From positions 174,654,001 through 174,718,000 of the forward strand of contig NC_042997.1 of the NCBI RefSeq assembly GCF_006345805.1: 64,000 bases of DNA. Direction: 5' to 3'. Every line of letters begins with the position of its first letter. Positions within the stretch are counted from its first letter, which is position 1. The notes beneath the pieces are model-generated. The model searched no databases and was not told where the DNA came from. It saw only the letters and a program-made list of their open reading frames with translations. Positions 39,303 through 53,427 of this stretch are shown piece after piece. Origin of the DNA: Octopus sinensis (Eukaryota). The position numbers and the translations under genes were made by a program.

Positions 39303-39537
39303 TATTTTTTTACTACCCACAAGGGGCTAAAGACAAAAGGGACAAACAAGGACAGACAAACGGTTTAAGTCGATAATATCGAGCCCAGTGCGCAGCTGGT
39401 ACTTATTTGATCGACCCCGAAAGGATGAAAGGCAAAGTCGACCTCAGCGGGATTTAAACTCAGAACGTAGCGACAGACGAAATACCGCAAAGCATTTCGC
39501 CCGGCGTGCTAACGTTTCTGCTAGCTAACTGCCTTAG
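39303..39537 (-). mobile_element. SINE family B with 17-bp TSD
   Basis: TSD TTGCACCGGTTACTACC at 39286 and 39538. Confidence 0.93.
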
Positions 39538-39891
39538 TTGCACCGGTTACTACCATCGGCCTGCTGTCGCCAACTTCGAAGTTGTGAAGATGAAGGCCAC
39601 TTATTTTCTTCTATGCTTCATTTGATTAAATGTAAACATGCCACTAGACATGCGTTTATATGTAATACCCGTACGTATACATCGATACCTTATTGGATGT
39701 CCATTCATTTCGTAGAGTTTATCTACCCCATGACAGGTCTTCTTTTTCATCCTGGTGGAGTGGTAGAGTGCCAGTTTAGTCGCCGTCTATATAATCCATT
39801 ATGCACACAGACACACACGCATATATATAGGATTTTGATTATTGATAGAAAAAAAACGTGCTTGTGGATGTATTATATATATATGTATGTG

Positions 39892-39974
<83 letters not shown>

Positions 39975-39994
39975 TATATATACATACATATACA

Positions 39995-40062
<68 letters not shown>

Positions 40063-40063
40063 T

Positions 40064-40106
<43 letters not shown>

Positions 40107-40202
40107 TATATGTATACATATATATATACATATATATCTTAATATATATACGTATATGTATATGTATCTACACACACATGCACACACAAATATTTACATA
40201 TA

Positions 40203-40245
<43 letters not shown>

Positions 40246-41574
40246 ATACAAGTGTATAATTATATGTATGTAGGTATGAATGCATTTGAATACATATATT
40301 ATATACATATTTATCTGTTTGTCTGCTGCCCTAGATTTGAATTTATTCATTGTGTTTCTGCTTGTATTCTTTATTTGTTTTATTTTCTGATTATTTCCAA
40401 AACAATAATATGAGACCTGGAAGAAGAAAATAAAATATTTATAGTCAAGTTTTATGAAAATAGTTTTCCTTAATTAAGATAAATTCCGTAGATTTCCTCC
40501 ACCTTTGCCATAGCATATCGAAAGCTTTGATCTAGAATTACTTCCTTTTTTAATAAAAACAAACCAAGGAAAAATGGTAAATAAATAACCTGCCATAAGT
40601 CGCAGAGGGGTGCCAATACTGAGCTTGAAGAATTAAAAAAAAATATGCAACATGAATCATTTACTTAGTGGGGGATACAGATTTTTTGCTTAGTTTTGTC
40701 ATTTCAATTCCCCTTGCTGTTAATTGAGACAAATAATCTTAAATCCTACTAAGAATTTAAAAGAAAAAAAATCTATGAAATAAAAAGAAATGGAACTATA
40801 AAGTATAAATTAAAATGTGTAAACAGTTACACAGATAATAAAGAGAGAAATCTTTAGTGTATTAGCAGAGATAAGTTGAATTAAATCTAAAGGACTTAAG
40901 AAATGAACGAGGTTGCTTCTCTCTGTCTCTATGTTTTTCTCAGTCAGATGTCATGTTATTTCAACTAGGTTTCGCTGATGTATTTTAGACATGATGGATG
41001 TCATCACATCATACTCTACGAAGATTGTTACTGCCGTATGGCATCTTCATATCAACCTCTACTTCACTTACGCTTAGAATGGAAGCCGTGCTGTGCGACA
41101 CTTCCCGTAACACGTTCTCATACTCGCTTTCTTGATTTCTCCCTGACATACTCTCTTTCATCTTCCTTTCTTTCTCTTTCTTTCTCTCTCCCTCTCGCCT
41201 CCTAATGTCTTTTCCTTTTTTCTTTTCCCCAATTCAGTAGTAGCAAGCTTGACAAAAGCAACTGAATCAGAAAAGAATATAGTACGGGACGTATATATGT
41301 GTTCGTTAATTGAGAAGTTGACATCTTTCACTTGCAATGCAGTTTTGATATCACCGTATAAAACGCTTAATTTTCAAACGTAGTGTTACAGCAGCAATTA
41401 GCGGAAATAATTGGAAAGAGCCTAACTACCACTCATTTTTACTCTTGTGGAACCAAAAACCCAATCTTCAGGAATTCCATAGTGTTACTAATAAATTTTT
41501 CCCAAAATTCTATCGTTCACGAAGATAAATTTTCACAAAATTACATTGACACATGATCAATTGATTAAAAATAT

Positions 41575-41996
41575 TTTTTTTATTGCCCACAAGGGGCTAA
41601 ACATAGAGGGGACAAACAATGACAGACAAAGAGATTAAGTCGATTATATCGACCCCAGTGCGTAACTGGTACTTTATTTATCGGCTCCGAAAGGATGAAA
41701 GGATGAAAGGCAAAGTCGACCTCGGCGGAATATGAACTCAGAATGTAACGGCAGACGAAATACCTATTTCTTTACTATCCACAAGGGGCTAAACACTGAG
41801 AGGACAAACAAAGACAGACAAACGGATTAAGTCGATTATATCAACCCCAGTGCGTAACTAGTACCTATTTAATCGACCCCGAAAGGATGAAAGGCAAAGT
41901 CGACCTCGACGGAATTTAAACTCAGAACGTAACGGCAGACGAAATACCGCTAAGCATTTCGCCCGGCGCGCCAACGTTTCTGCCAGCTCGCCGCCA
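41575..41996 (-). mobile_element. SINE-B dimer within one TSD pair
   Basis: Junction GACGAAATAC|CTATTTC at about 41763; flanks CAAT(T/C)GATTAAAAATAT on both sides. Confidence 0.9.
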
Positions 41997-42258
41997 ATCG
42001 ATTAAAAATATATTTGAGGACGTAAAGGCAGCTGTAAAGTGATTAGAATCCAGAAAGTGGATACTAATACATGTTACCGTTAAAAGAGTGGAAAAAGACA
42101 GGAAACAGCATAGGGCCAGTAAAAATGAAGATGGGCCATATCACAAGACAATCCAGAGAAGAAAGGCAAAAAGGAGACTGGGAATCCTTTACGTTGACAA
42201 TTCTATGTCTTTGGAGATGCTGAAGCTTACAATCATCCAAAAGAGTAACCACAAAGTA

Positions 42259-42770
42259 CTGTAAATCCTTGAGTATGGTCTGCCCTTGAGTATAATACGC
42301 AGGGGATTTTTAGGGGGCTGTACCTCTGAAAAACCTAAACTTTGTGTATAATATGCACCCCTTCTCTAACTTGAGTCAAGGAGGTCTATATAATGTCCTT
42401 GGTTTGTAAAAATGTATACGGCAACGTCCTTTATTATTATTGTATATATAGCATAATGCAAACGTGTAACTTTTTTGTGCATTTTGTTTGCAGAAAATAA
42501 AGAAGTAACAGTAATAACATTTAATAAATGTTGCTTACTGCAAGTTATGGATGATTCTTTTATGACTTCATAACTTTCAGGCTTAGCTTGAGGTATTTTC
42601 GCCCCTGACATCACAAAATGTGTCTGGATAAACATTGCCGGACAGCAAATAGAGGCTCGGACATTGCTTAGAAAATATCTTTCATTTTTGACCTCGTATA
42701 TAGTACGCACTAGGGATTTTTGCCTTTAAATTTTGGGAAAAAAATGCGGATTATACTCGAGGATTTACGG
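42259..42770. mobile_element. Tc2/pogo-type MITE
   Basis: TIRs TA|CTGTAAATCCTTGAGTAT and ATACTCGAGGATTTACGG; subterminal repeats GTATAATACGCAGGGGATTTT / GTATATAGTACGCACTAGGGATTTT. Confidence 0.75.
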
Positions 42771-43515
42771 TTCTTGAAATGGTAAGGGAGCAGAAAAAGG
42801 ACAAATTACATATTGCACTGAATGCAGACGAAATAGAGATCGAATACCTAATCGCTCTTCCTTTACGAGGATAGATTGTTGTCGAAAACTTCCTCAGTGG
42901 TCTGTCGATCACTAAGAGATCATTTCCAGAGGTCGTGGGCCTCTTTGCCACATAGCAACAGTCAAAAATACTCACGGGCAGTTTCAGAGTACACACTTTA
43001 CAGGTGACTGAAGTGGAAGGTTGTCAATGTTATGAGTGTTATGGTCCTAAGAATTGTTTAACGTGTCCATACATTGTATTATGGTCTCTGTTCTATTCGC
43101 TGCTAATTATATATAAGTACATCACCATGTATTTTGCAACACTTTTAGCTGTATGAACTGAGCATCGATGCCGTTACTGAAGAAGGTAGAGGACAAAACA
43201 CAATTGATAATGTGTGGTCATAACTACACTAAATGCAAAGTTAAAGATTCTGAGCTGGCAGAATCTTTAAAGCTTGAGGAAATGCTTTAAAGTATTTCTT
43301 TCATCTCTTTATGTTCTTTCAATCCAGTGAAGCTCAACTTAGCTTTCGTTCTTTTCGAGTCGATAAAATAAAGTATCAGTCAAGTACTAGGTTCGCTATA
43401 ATCGACTGACCCCCACTTCAGAAGTTACTGACTTTGTGCTCAAAATTTGAAACAATTGTTAAAGAAAGGATTATTATTATTATTATCATCATCATCATCA
43501 TCATCCTCATCATCC

Positions 43516-43555
<40 letters not shown>

Positions 43556-43567
43556 TATTATTATTAT

Positions 43568-44011
43568 TGAGTGAGAGAGTAGTGCATGCCATCAAAGTGA
43601 CACTGGGATAAAATATACGAAGCCCAGTATACCCATCATGACTACCCGTCTGATAAGGGTATACCAGGTACATGCAACACAACCATATGTGCGTGACATG
43701 GTGATCTTATATCAAAATAAACAGCGCATGACCTTGCAGGTGGGGCCCAGTTAGAATTTTCTTCTGGTCGAGTAACCCATCCCGCTCAAAAGGTCCCTGA
43801 ATAAGGGTTGTTTAAGGATGTTGAATGAAACACCCATGTTTTCAGAGGTGAATTATTCAAACCCCAAAGAACCCCTCTCAAAACATGGCTATGATGTTCC
43901 CCCACTACTTCTGCTCGTGATCAGAGATGCACGTATCGTCAGCCACTAAGGGACATGCTCAACTGGTTAAGGTAAAAAAAAACTCACAAGCAAATCTGTG
44001 GTATTGTGCAG

Positions 44012-44012
<1 letters not shown>
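43568..44012 (-). mobile_element. (TAA)n-targeting non-LTR element 3' region, copy 1
   Basis: Homologous to 44088-44530; embedded in TAA repeats; 5'-truncated. Confidence 0.85.
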
Positions 44013-44074
<62 letters not shown>

Positions 44075-44087
44075 TATTATTATTATT

Positions 44088-44572
44088 GAGTGAGAGAGCA
44101 GTGCATGCCATCAAAGTGACACTGGGGTAAAATATACGAAGCCCAGTATACCATCATGACTACCCATCTGATAAGGGTACACCAGGCACATGCATCACAA
44201 CCATATGTGCGCGACATGATGATCTCATATCAAGATAAACAGCGCATGACCTTGCAGGTGGGGCCCAGTTAGAATTTTCTTCAGGTTGAGTAACCCATCC
44301 CACTCGAAAGGTCCCTGAATAAGGGTTGTTTAAGGATGTTGAAAGAACCACCCATGTTTCCAGAGGTGAATTATTCAAACCCCAAAGAATTCCTCTCAAC
44401 ACATGGCTATGATGCTCCCCCACTACTTCTGTTCGTGATCAGAGATGCACATATCGTCAGCCACTAAGGGACATGCTCAACTGGTTACGGTCAAACATCT
44501 GACAAGCAAATCTGTGGTATTGAGCAGAATATTTGCTGTAGCCCATCTTTTATACCAAGACAAAACAATGTA
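44088..44572 (-). mobile_element. (TAA)n-targeting non-LTR element 3' region, copy 2
   Basis: Same 3' end with a longer 5' extent. The minus peptide ATANILLN resembles the terminal LGTA.ILR motif of R4/Dong ORFs. Confidence 0.85.
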
Positions 44573-45240
44573 TATTATTATTATTATTATTATTGGTATT
44601 GTTATCAATTTTATTGAGTCTCACTAATTTAAGTGAATTTATGTACAGTTTTCGTGGTTCTTTTTTACTAATAATGTAAGTTAGATTCGTTCTGTTTATT
44701 TTATTGTTATACTAAAGAGTGGACGAAGTGTTATATATCATACCTCATTTACGGTTACAAGTTTGTTTGTTAATTCTTTATTTTTATAATGATATAGCGG
44801 TGACAGTCGGCATTGTTTTTTATTTATTTATTTATTTATTTATTTTATTGCTTTTCAAAAGAATTAGCTAACTTCCTCTTACATGAAGTTAAAAGAATGA
44901 AAATATTTTTGTATTAATAATATTTGCCAATAATATTAACAACAATAACAATAATATCTATAATTCAGGCAATATTGTCAATGTGAACAGAAAAGAAAAC
45001 ATAATACCTAAATGAAGTCACGTGAAAATTGATGCAAGAAGTACGGTGACTGTTTTCATGTTTACGAAGACAGAGGAAATGTTAAAACCGAAGAAACAAC
45101 ATACATTTTAAAGAATAATATACTTTAATTTCCAAAGGACGCAAGAAAAATGGAAGAAATAGGGAAAAAGGAGACAATACTAACCATGAAGGACGGATCG
45201 CTAATGGTTTAATTGATGTCATTTTTAAGTTGGAGGAAAA

Positions 45241-45695
45241 CAGTGAGCTAGCAGAATCGTCAGTGCGTCGACCAAATTGATAAGCAACATTTTTCTGGTT
45301 CTTTACGTTCTAAGTTCAAATCTTGCTGATTGCTGACTTTGTACTGACTTTGCCTTTCATCCTTTCGGATTCGATAAAATAAAGTCCCAGTCAAGTACAG
45401 AAGTTGATATAATCTATTTTCCCTTTCCTGATATTTGCTAGCTTTATGCTAAAATTTGAAACGATAGGGTAAACGATTTGAAACGATTGACAGAATCGAT
45501 ACCGCATCGGACAAAATGTTTGGCGGGCATTTCTTTCGGCGGCTTACTTCCTGAATTCAAATTCCACCGCGGTTGACTTTGTGGTTCATCCTTTCGGGAT
45601 CGCTAAAATAAAGTACCAGTCGAGTACTGAGGTCAATATTATCTACATCCTGCTCTCCTCAAAATTGTTAGCCTTGAGCAAAAATTAGAAAGAAT
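45241..45695 (+). mobile_element. Two old SINE-B copies in tandem, flanked by a 15-bp direct repeat
   Basis: GACTTTGCCTTTCATCCTTTCGG motifs at about 45347 and 45575; TTTAAGTTGGAGGAA at 45224 and 45698. Confidence 0.72.
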
Positions 45696-47057
45696 TCTTT
45701 AAGTTGGAGGAATTAACAAGAAAATGCGCAGGAGTAATACAGGTTTCAACAAGTTTCTTACTAGTGCCTTATTACAGAAGAAAGTATCGTTAATGTGAAA
45801 GCAATACTTGTAGAGATACAAGAGCAGTTGTGAAAATTACGCAAACCTCCTTAGGCCCTTCCAGCTGCTTGCAAAAGTTCTGAATAGATTTTTCAAGAGC
45901 AACAACGCAAACTTCAACTCCTAGAAGGTTGCCTATGCTGTATTAAGAAATATTTATTGAAATGTAATGATAGTTTGGATCCCAAACATTTTTATAGCTG
46001 GCTACACAAAATTCAGGTCTGTAATCTGTACGGATAATTGATATCGGAGGTTTAGTCAATAACCTGACTACTTGAAATTGAACGCATCATTTAAAGCGCT
46101 GAAAACCTAAATTGACCGGATTAATGAGCTAATTAAGCGAGTGCGATGGATGTGATGTTAACAAAAATGTTGAGTGGATTAAAAACACAAATTACATTAG
46201 ATTCATTGAAGTTGAATAAAGAAGTTGTGATATAAAACATTAAACAGCAGGATGATTAGTAGATAGTTTCAAAACGGCTGGCAAAAAGACATGTCGGCCG
46301 AGATATTAGTAGTAGTGATGATGAACCTTGTTTTTTGGACACTAGAAAACAAAGGTTTACGTTCTTTGTTCTAAGGTGCATGTACTAAAACACGAAAATA
46401 CAAAGTTGTTCGATGGATTTGGAGGCATCACAGTCACTATACAGTTTTTCATTAACTATAATCGGTGCAGTTGCTCTTTCAAACATATCTGCGCAGTTAA
46501 CAACACTTTGCTAAAATATTTATGGGAAGAATTTTCTAACATAGTTAATTCTTCCACTAACTGAAAAGCCCATAACGGTTTCTGATGTATGCTTGCTATT
46601 GTGTGGTTGAGCGAGGAAAATCCTCTGAGCAAGAATGATCTGTGTTACAAGCTTAATTTCATCTTGCAAAATTTGTTCACAACTGTCACTGCAAGTACAA
46701 ACTGCCACTGACAGCAAATTGAATACTTACAGATGTACGTGCCGAGGAATGATGCGAATAAGAAAGACATAATAGATATTGTTTAGCTATAGCTTTATTA
46801 CGTACAAAGCTAAAGATTCTAATAAAGGGAGTGATGTGGGGTCAGCGTTTGTCCTTCATAATGTTGTTGGCAATGGGCGGACATATGAGACTCCGCTAAG
46901 TCCACTTCATGAGATTTAAGGTAAAACGGCATAGTTTTAGATCTGATTTTGATAGTGTGCTGAGTAACTAAGTTATAAGAAGGTGATTTCACCTCTATTT
47001 TTAGTATGTCAAGTGACCACGTAGAATCTTTATTGCTGGCTTAAGGTTCATTATTGG

Positions 47058-47640
47058 ATCAGGTCAGGTAAGGTATGGGGGCATGCACTGTGCATTGCGC
47101 TGCTGCATCTACCATTTGTCGGTATCTGCACGGGTTGTCCTGGGTAACTCTTCGAGCAGTGTCTCTCTCAGTTCTCATCTTCGCGAAATACTTTCACATC
47201 CGCTGTGACCATGAGGCATGTGACCGACTAACACGAGCAGCCGCCCCAGCCTGATCCCGAGAGAAAAGACCACGGTACGCATGAACCAAATCGAAAAATC
47301 GTGCAATATGATCAAATATTGTTGACACTCTCGAATCGAACGAGTAATAGGACGCATCCCAGGTTGAATACGAAATCTGACCAAAGGTAAATTATAATTC
47401 TGCAAAGCGTCCTGGTACCGAAGGAGTTCAGACATCTCCTAAAGGCTTCAGACAGTGTTTCAGTTTCACTATTATAGAGCAGGACAGCGAGGACAAGAGA
47501 CAAAGTCTCGAACATTTTTTTCGCATGCTCAGGATATCGACAGAGCCAAACACTCTTGGCCATCAAATCCACAACCACACCAGCACGCCCAAGTCTGTTT
47601 ACGACTTCGGGCTTGCAGCATCAATAATTTCGGCATTCTT
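47058..47640 (-). pseudogene. RTE (BovB-like) LINE 3' fragment
   Basis: ORF 47312..47578 VWLCRY...SLVLAVLLYNSET.TL...RRCLNSFGTRTLCRII.Y.WSDFV matches the RTE post-RT region; short ACCTG-type tandem tail at about 47060. Confidence 0.82.
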
Positions 47641-47982
47641 ACCTATTCATTTCTTTTCTTTATTCTATTTTTCTACGCAGAGTAATATTTTCCAGGAAGT
47701 TTTATAATTATATTTAAGTACAGAAATTTTTGAAAGAATTGCAGGTGTATTGGACAAAGCGAATCATGCTGATGTTCTTGTTATTGCATAGCCTCACGTC
47801 CGATCTGATCTAACAGACAGATCAAAAGTGTTACCGTCAAGACAATGCCATCCGTAGAGCACAGAATAGGTTTAGTAAAGGATTATGTATGTAACAAGGA
47901 GGTATTAAGCATCAGAGACTGCAGAAGAATCAACGAGAGAAACAATGAAGGAAACAAGTTACTAGGAGCTTTTATTTAAAAA

Positions 47983-48240
47983 ATTGTATTTAGGAATGGT
48001 CATGTTGCCAGTTTAGCCAATAAAAACACATTTGCTTCAGCTTTATTTATTTTTTACATTAATCTTAATTAAGATTAATGTGAAAAATAAAGCTGAAGCA
48101 AATTAACACCAAATATATAGTACGTGGGTTTTTATTGGCTAAACTGGCAACATGACCATTCCTAAAAACAATAACATCTGTTTCAACACACGATTTCACA
48201 TCAAGAATCTTGCACAACAAATATATAAGCGTAATAATTT
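47983..48240. mobile_element. Fold-back retro-insertion (palindrome 47983-48172 plus unpaired tail)
   Basis: Arms TTTAGGAATGGTCATGTTGCCAGTTTAGCCAATAAAAAC and its reverse complement, centre TTAATCTTAATTAAGATTAA. TSD-like ATTT(A/T)AAAAATTGT at 47974 and 48237. Confidence 0.78.
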
Positions 48241-48556
48241 TAAAAATTGTTCTCTATGAAAGATTTAGCTTTGTGGAAGAATCAAACAGATTTTGTTTAC
48301 ATCAGAACATCGTTGATGCAGCAGGTCTATGATTACACCCAACCTACCAGCTGTGACCATTGAGTATTTTCATTTGGAACATTATAGATCAAGGATAAGA
48401 TGTATGTTGCCGAAAATGTACGTAATTTTATAATTATAGCTATACGATAGCTATTTTTGGAAGGACGAACCATTATGTGCAACAAACCTCACTACTCGAA
48501 ATGAGTTTGTCGAACGTTAGGTGCCCAAAGAGTAAAATATCTCGTATATATACCTG

Positions 48557-48788
48557 TTTCTATACTACCCACAAGGGGCTAAACACAGAGAGGACAAACA
48601 AGGACAGACAGACGGATTAAGTCGATTACATCGACCCCAGTGCGTAACTGATACTTAATTTATCGACCACTAAAGGATGAAAGGCAAAGTCGACCTCGGC
48701 GGAATTTGAACTCAGAACGTAACGACAGACAAACTACCGCTAAGCATTTCGCCCGGCTTGCTAACGATTCTGCCAGCTCGCCGCCTTA
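48557..48788 (-). mobile_element. SINE family B with TSD
   Basis: ATATCTCGTATATATAC on both flanks. Confidence 0.9.
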
Positions 48789-49330
48789 AATATATATCTC
48801 GTATATATATCTCGTATATATACCGTGAACCCAATGTGTGTGCCTGTTTGAGAGGAGAATTCTTGTGTGGATAGTCTTTTTGCCTTATATAGGGTAAATA
48901 ATACTCATGTGGATACAAATAAAGGGTTACGAATAAGAAAACTCATACCGTACAGAAAATCAAGCTTAAAATCAAGTTTAAGTCTGTAGGTATAATCACA
49001 TATTAGAACACAATAGATAATCGTATCTATATGGACACAAAGACATAACAACAGCAAATATGGAGAAGCGTAAGTGTATAACCATAAACGTATGGCAATA
49101 ATACATACACAATAATAACCATAGTTACAGACACACTCAAACATATACATATACACACAATTCTATGATTTTTATATGCGTATATATTTGTGTTTGTAAG
49201 TGTGCGTGCGTGCAAATATATGCGTGTGTATATGGATGAATATACAAACATACAGATATGCGCGTGCGTTTTCATACACGCATACATAAATATATATATA
49301 TATAGTATATATATATATAATATATATATC

Positions 49331-49364
<34 letters not shown>

Positions 49365-49420
49365 GTATATATATATATATATATAATATATATATATATA
49401 GTATATATATATATATATAG

Positions 49421-49468
<48 letters not shown>

Positions 49469-49472
49469 GCAT

Positions 49473-49505
<33 letters not shown>

Positions 49506-50365
49506 AATAATATACATATACACAAACACATATGCGCACACACAAATTCGTACAAACATACGTGTGTACATAAAATCTTGCATGTATAAAATTGTGATAA
49601 TAAAAAAGAAAGCGATGATGAAAAAGTAAATAAATACAGCAATGAAACTGGAAATTGTTTTTTATTGGTGAAAGCTTAAAATGAAATAAAAATTATTTTA
49701 CATTGACATATTTATCACGCTGAACTGTATTTCACTTGCTATAAAAATTGTCTGCGCATATGTATGTAAATATTGTATGTATCTATGTATGTATGTATGC
49801 ATTCATGCATGTATGTATGTGTGTGTGTGTGTGTTTGAGTAGGTAATACTATATATATATATATATATATGCGTGTGTGTGTTTTTGTGTGTATGTATAT
49901 TTTATATATGTATATGAGGAATATGAAGGTATATATATTCATAAATACTGTCAACCGTAGTCTCATATATACATATATAATATAACATATACACACACAG
50001 GCATAGACATACATACATGTATATATATATATATGTGTATATATATATATATATACATATGTGTATACACACAAATATATATGTACATGCATGCATACAA
50101 TAATATATATATATTAATTTATGTATATATATATATATATGACATATATATGTGCGTGCGTGCGTATGTATATATATATATATACATACACGCATATTTA
50201 CATACATATTTGAATACAATGTATGATTCTACCTATTAAAGATATTTTTCTATTCGTATATATCTCTATTCTAATAATATATATTATCTACGCTCATACA
50301 CATATATATATATATATACGTATAAAAAAACCCACACATATATGTATGCATTCATGCATACATAG

Positions 50366-50423
<58 letters not shown>

Positions 50424-51088
50424 GTATGTATGCATGTATGTATGCATATATATATGTATGTATGTATGCATGTATGTATGTATGTATGTATGTATGTATG
50501 CATGCATGTATGTATGTATGTATGTATGTATGTATTCATAGATGTATGACTTCATTGAATCGATTACTTATTGTTTTATATTACTTTAAATGTTCTTTCT
50601 CCATTTGTTTTTTTTTTTTTAGTTATTGTCGTTACTGTTGCATATTTGTTTAGCATCATATCGGGGATTGGTGCGGCGGCAATGGCGAGTACGAGGGCAG
50701 TCATATTGGCGGCGGCAGTGGTTGCGCTGCTGCTTGTGATTGTAGTGGTGTGGTGTGGTTTCTATGATATTATTAATATTTAAGATATTTTTATTAATTT
50801 TTTTTTATTCTATTGAATCTTAGATTATTGCAATTGTTATTTTCCTCGCAAAATAAACATATTTCATATATTTAAGATTTCGATTTTTCTCCTCTTTTTG
50901 AGCTTATTTGTGTGTAGTTTTGTAGATTTATTTGTATTTGTGTGTGTGTTTGTGTTTGTATATGTGTGTGTGTGTGTGTAAGCACGCGTGTGTAAATATT
51001 TGTTTGTTTGCGTGAATGTCTGCCTGTCTTATGATTGCTTCTGTGACAGTGTACGTATATGTGTATGTGTGTGTGCGTGTGTGCATGC

Positions 51089-51123
<35 letters not shown>

Positions 51124-51165
51124 CGTGTGCGTGTGTGCGAGAGAGAGGAGAGAGAGAGAAAGAGC

Positions 51166-51204
<39 letters not shown>

Positions 51205-51584
51205 AGCGTATGTGTGTGTTGTGTGTGTGTGTGTGTGTATGTTTGTGTGTGTGTGTGTGTCATTTGTTAGTTTTTCTCGTTTGTATTCTTTACTGCTGTA
51301 TTCATTTACAGAATATACACACGACTAACGCATGCATAAACTCTCTCACAGATGCACATAAATACATATGCATGTATACTTTTAGTATCACTCACACACA
51401 CATATATATAATTATTTTCACACGCACACTCATATATATATGCCCACATACAGTCACATATATCTATCGTTAAATATGCGTGTGAGACAGTTTATGCGTG
51501 TATGTACAAATATGCATATATGTATGTAAATATACATACATACATATATATATGTGTGTGTGTGTGCGTGTATATATATATATA

Positions 51585-51636
<52 letters not shown>

Positions 51637-53082
51637 CCTACATATGCATCTGATATATACTAATTCTCTGCTATATATCTCCCACACAAACACATCCTTA
51701 CACATGCATATTCACAAATAACAACAATCTCCCCAGTAGATGTCAACACAACGGTTGTGTGTGTGTGTGTATGTGTGTGTGTGTATATGTGTGTGTGCAT
51801 GCGTTCGTGCGTGCGTGTGTATGTACGCGCGTGTTTTAGAGAGAGTGGAGTGTGGGGTTTTAAGGACTGAAGGCTGAGGTGCAATGACCCGGTAAGCCTT
51901 TCATCTAACTGTAATTATTCAGGACTTCCTCTCATCTCAGAAGACTTTTATCTTCTCATTTTCATTCTTTCACCCATAACATTATGACAACAGTTATTCA
52001 CTCTCACAAAACAGTTCTTTACTTATGCATTATTTTTATTGCATTCTTCTTGTGAGTAATTGTTGATGGCTGTTGCTGTTCTTCTTGGAGCCTAACTTGA
52101 ACGGCATTTTTCACGTTTAAACACTTAATGACGGGTGCCAATGGGACAATATGTGAATTCCATTCGTAAACACATTATAATTATACTAATGCTTTTAAAA
52201 TAAAATGCCACCATTAAGGATATTGTAAATCCATAATTTTCTGATGGAAAATCTTTAATATCGATGGAAGTATCTGCAAGACAACAATTCAGTCCGTTTA
52301 TTAATTTTTTTTAAAGAAAAAAACATGCTAAAGAATGTTATATTTCTCCGAGAAGCATAGAGTACACTTTTTTGAACTCTTGATATATAGAGACGCTAAC
52401 TCGATAAGGAACCGATCTATTTTTGTTCAATATTATTATCATTTATATTACAAATATGATGAGGTAAAGCATCTTTCTAAATATCTGAATATACATATAG
52501 TTTGCGAGGGATATGACTTACAAAATTCTTCGAACTAGTGCAGATTTCTCTGAGCACCCGTTTTTCACACATATCACTGAAATCATGAAAGTATTGCGTG
52601 TTTCTTCACTTGACAAGGTATGGATGAAAATGTTATGCATTTTCAAACGGATTAATTGGCAACCAATCAAATCTCATGCAAAACAATAATATTTCGATGT
52701 TTTAGAATATCTTTAGTTATAAATTGTTACGCTACAGGCCTTTATTAATTGCCTGAACAATCAAAAACATCAAGTTCAAAATTCTGATTCGAGAAGCTTC
52801 AGCTTCATATAAAATCGACATACATGTCGTATCATTTAAATACATTTTACATATTATTAAATAGAATCTAAACACACCTGCTTATGATATAAAATATTAT
52901 ATATTATGTGTGCGTGTATGTGTATGTGTCAGTGTGTGTGTTAATGTATATATGAGTATATTTATACAATTACACACACATATGTATATATACATGTATG
53001 TATATATACATATGTGTATGTATAATTCTAAAAAAAACGGAGAAAGAAAGCCAAGAATAAAAACACGGAAGGTAAAGAGTAA

Positions 53083-53121
53083 TTGTTTTACGTTTCGAGC
53101 ATAGCTCTTCTTCGGAAACAA
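53083..53121 (-). ncRNA. Minimal PLE-type hammerhead motif (one core substitution) within a remnant at about 53020-53190
   Basis: Minus: TTGTTT CCGAAGA A GAGC-TAT-GCTC GAAA CG TA AAACAA. Stems I and II are perfect, loop III is the palindromic CG, and the core reads CCGAAGA instead of CTGAAGA. Confidence 0.68.
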
Positions 53122-53279
53122 GAAACATAGGAAAGTCCAAAGGAAAAAGAGAAGGAGGGGAATAATCGCCAACAGTCTACATGTAGTTATATTTATATGT
53201 GCATGTATATATATATACATATGCATTTACATAGACAGGCAGACAGACAGACAGATAGATAGATCGATAGATAGATAGG

Positions 53280-53355
<76 letters not shown>

Positions 53356-53356
53356 C

Positions 53357-53427
<71 letters not shown>

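Noticed and set aside
42060-43010. Coding-like sequence on both sides of the MITE
   Set aside because: Stops in the frames examined and no recognisable motif; probably old retroelement debris, left unclassified.
45720-46760. Possible decayed DNA-transposase region (also 18300-19190)
   Set aside because: No diagnostic motif could be read; would need a translated search.
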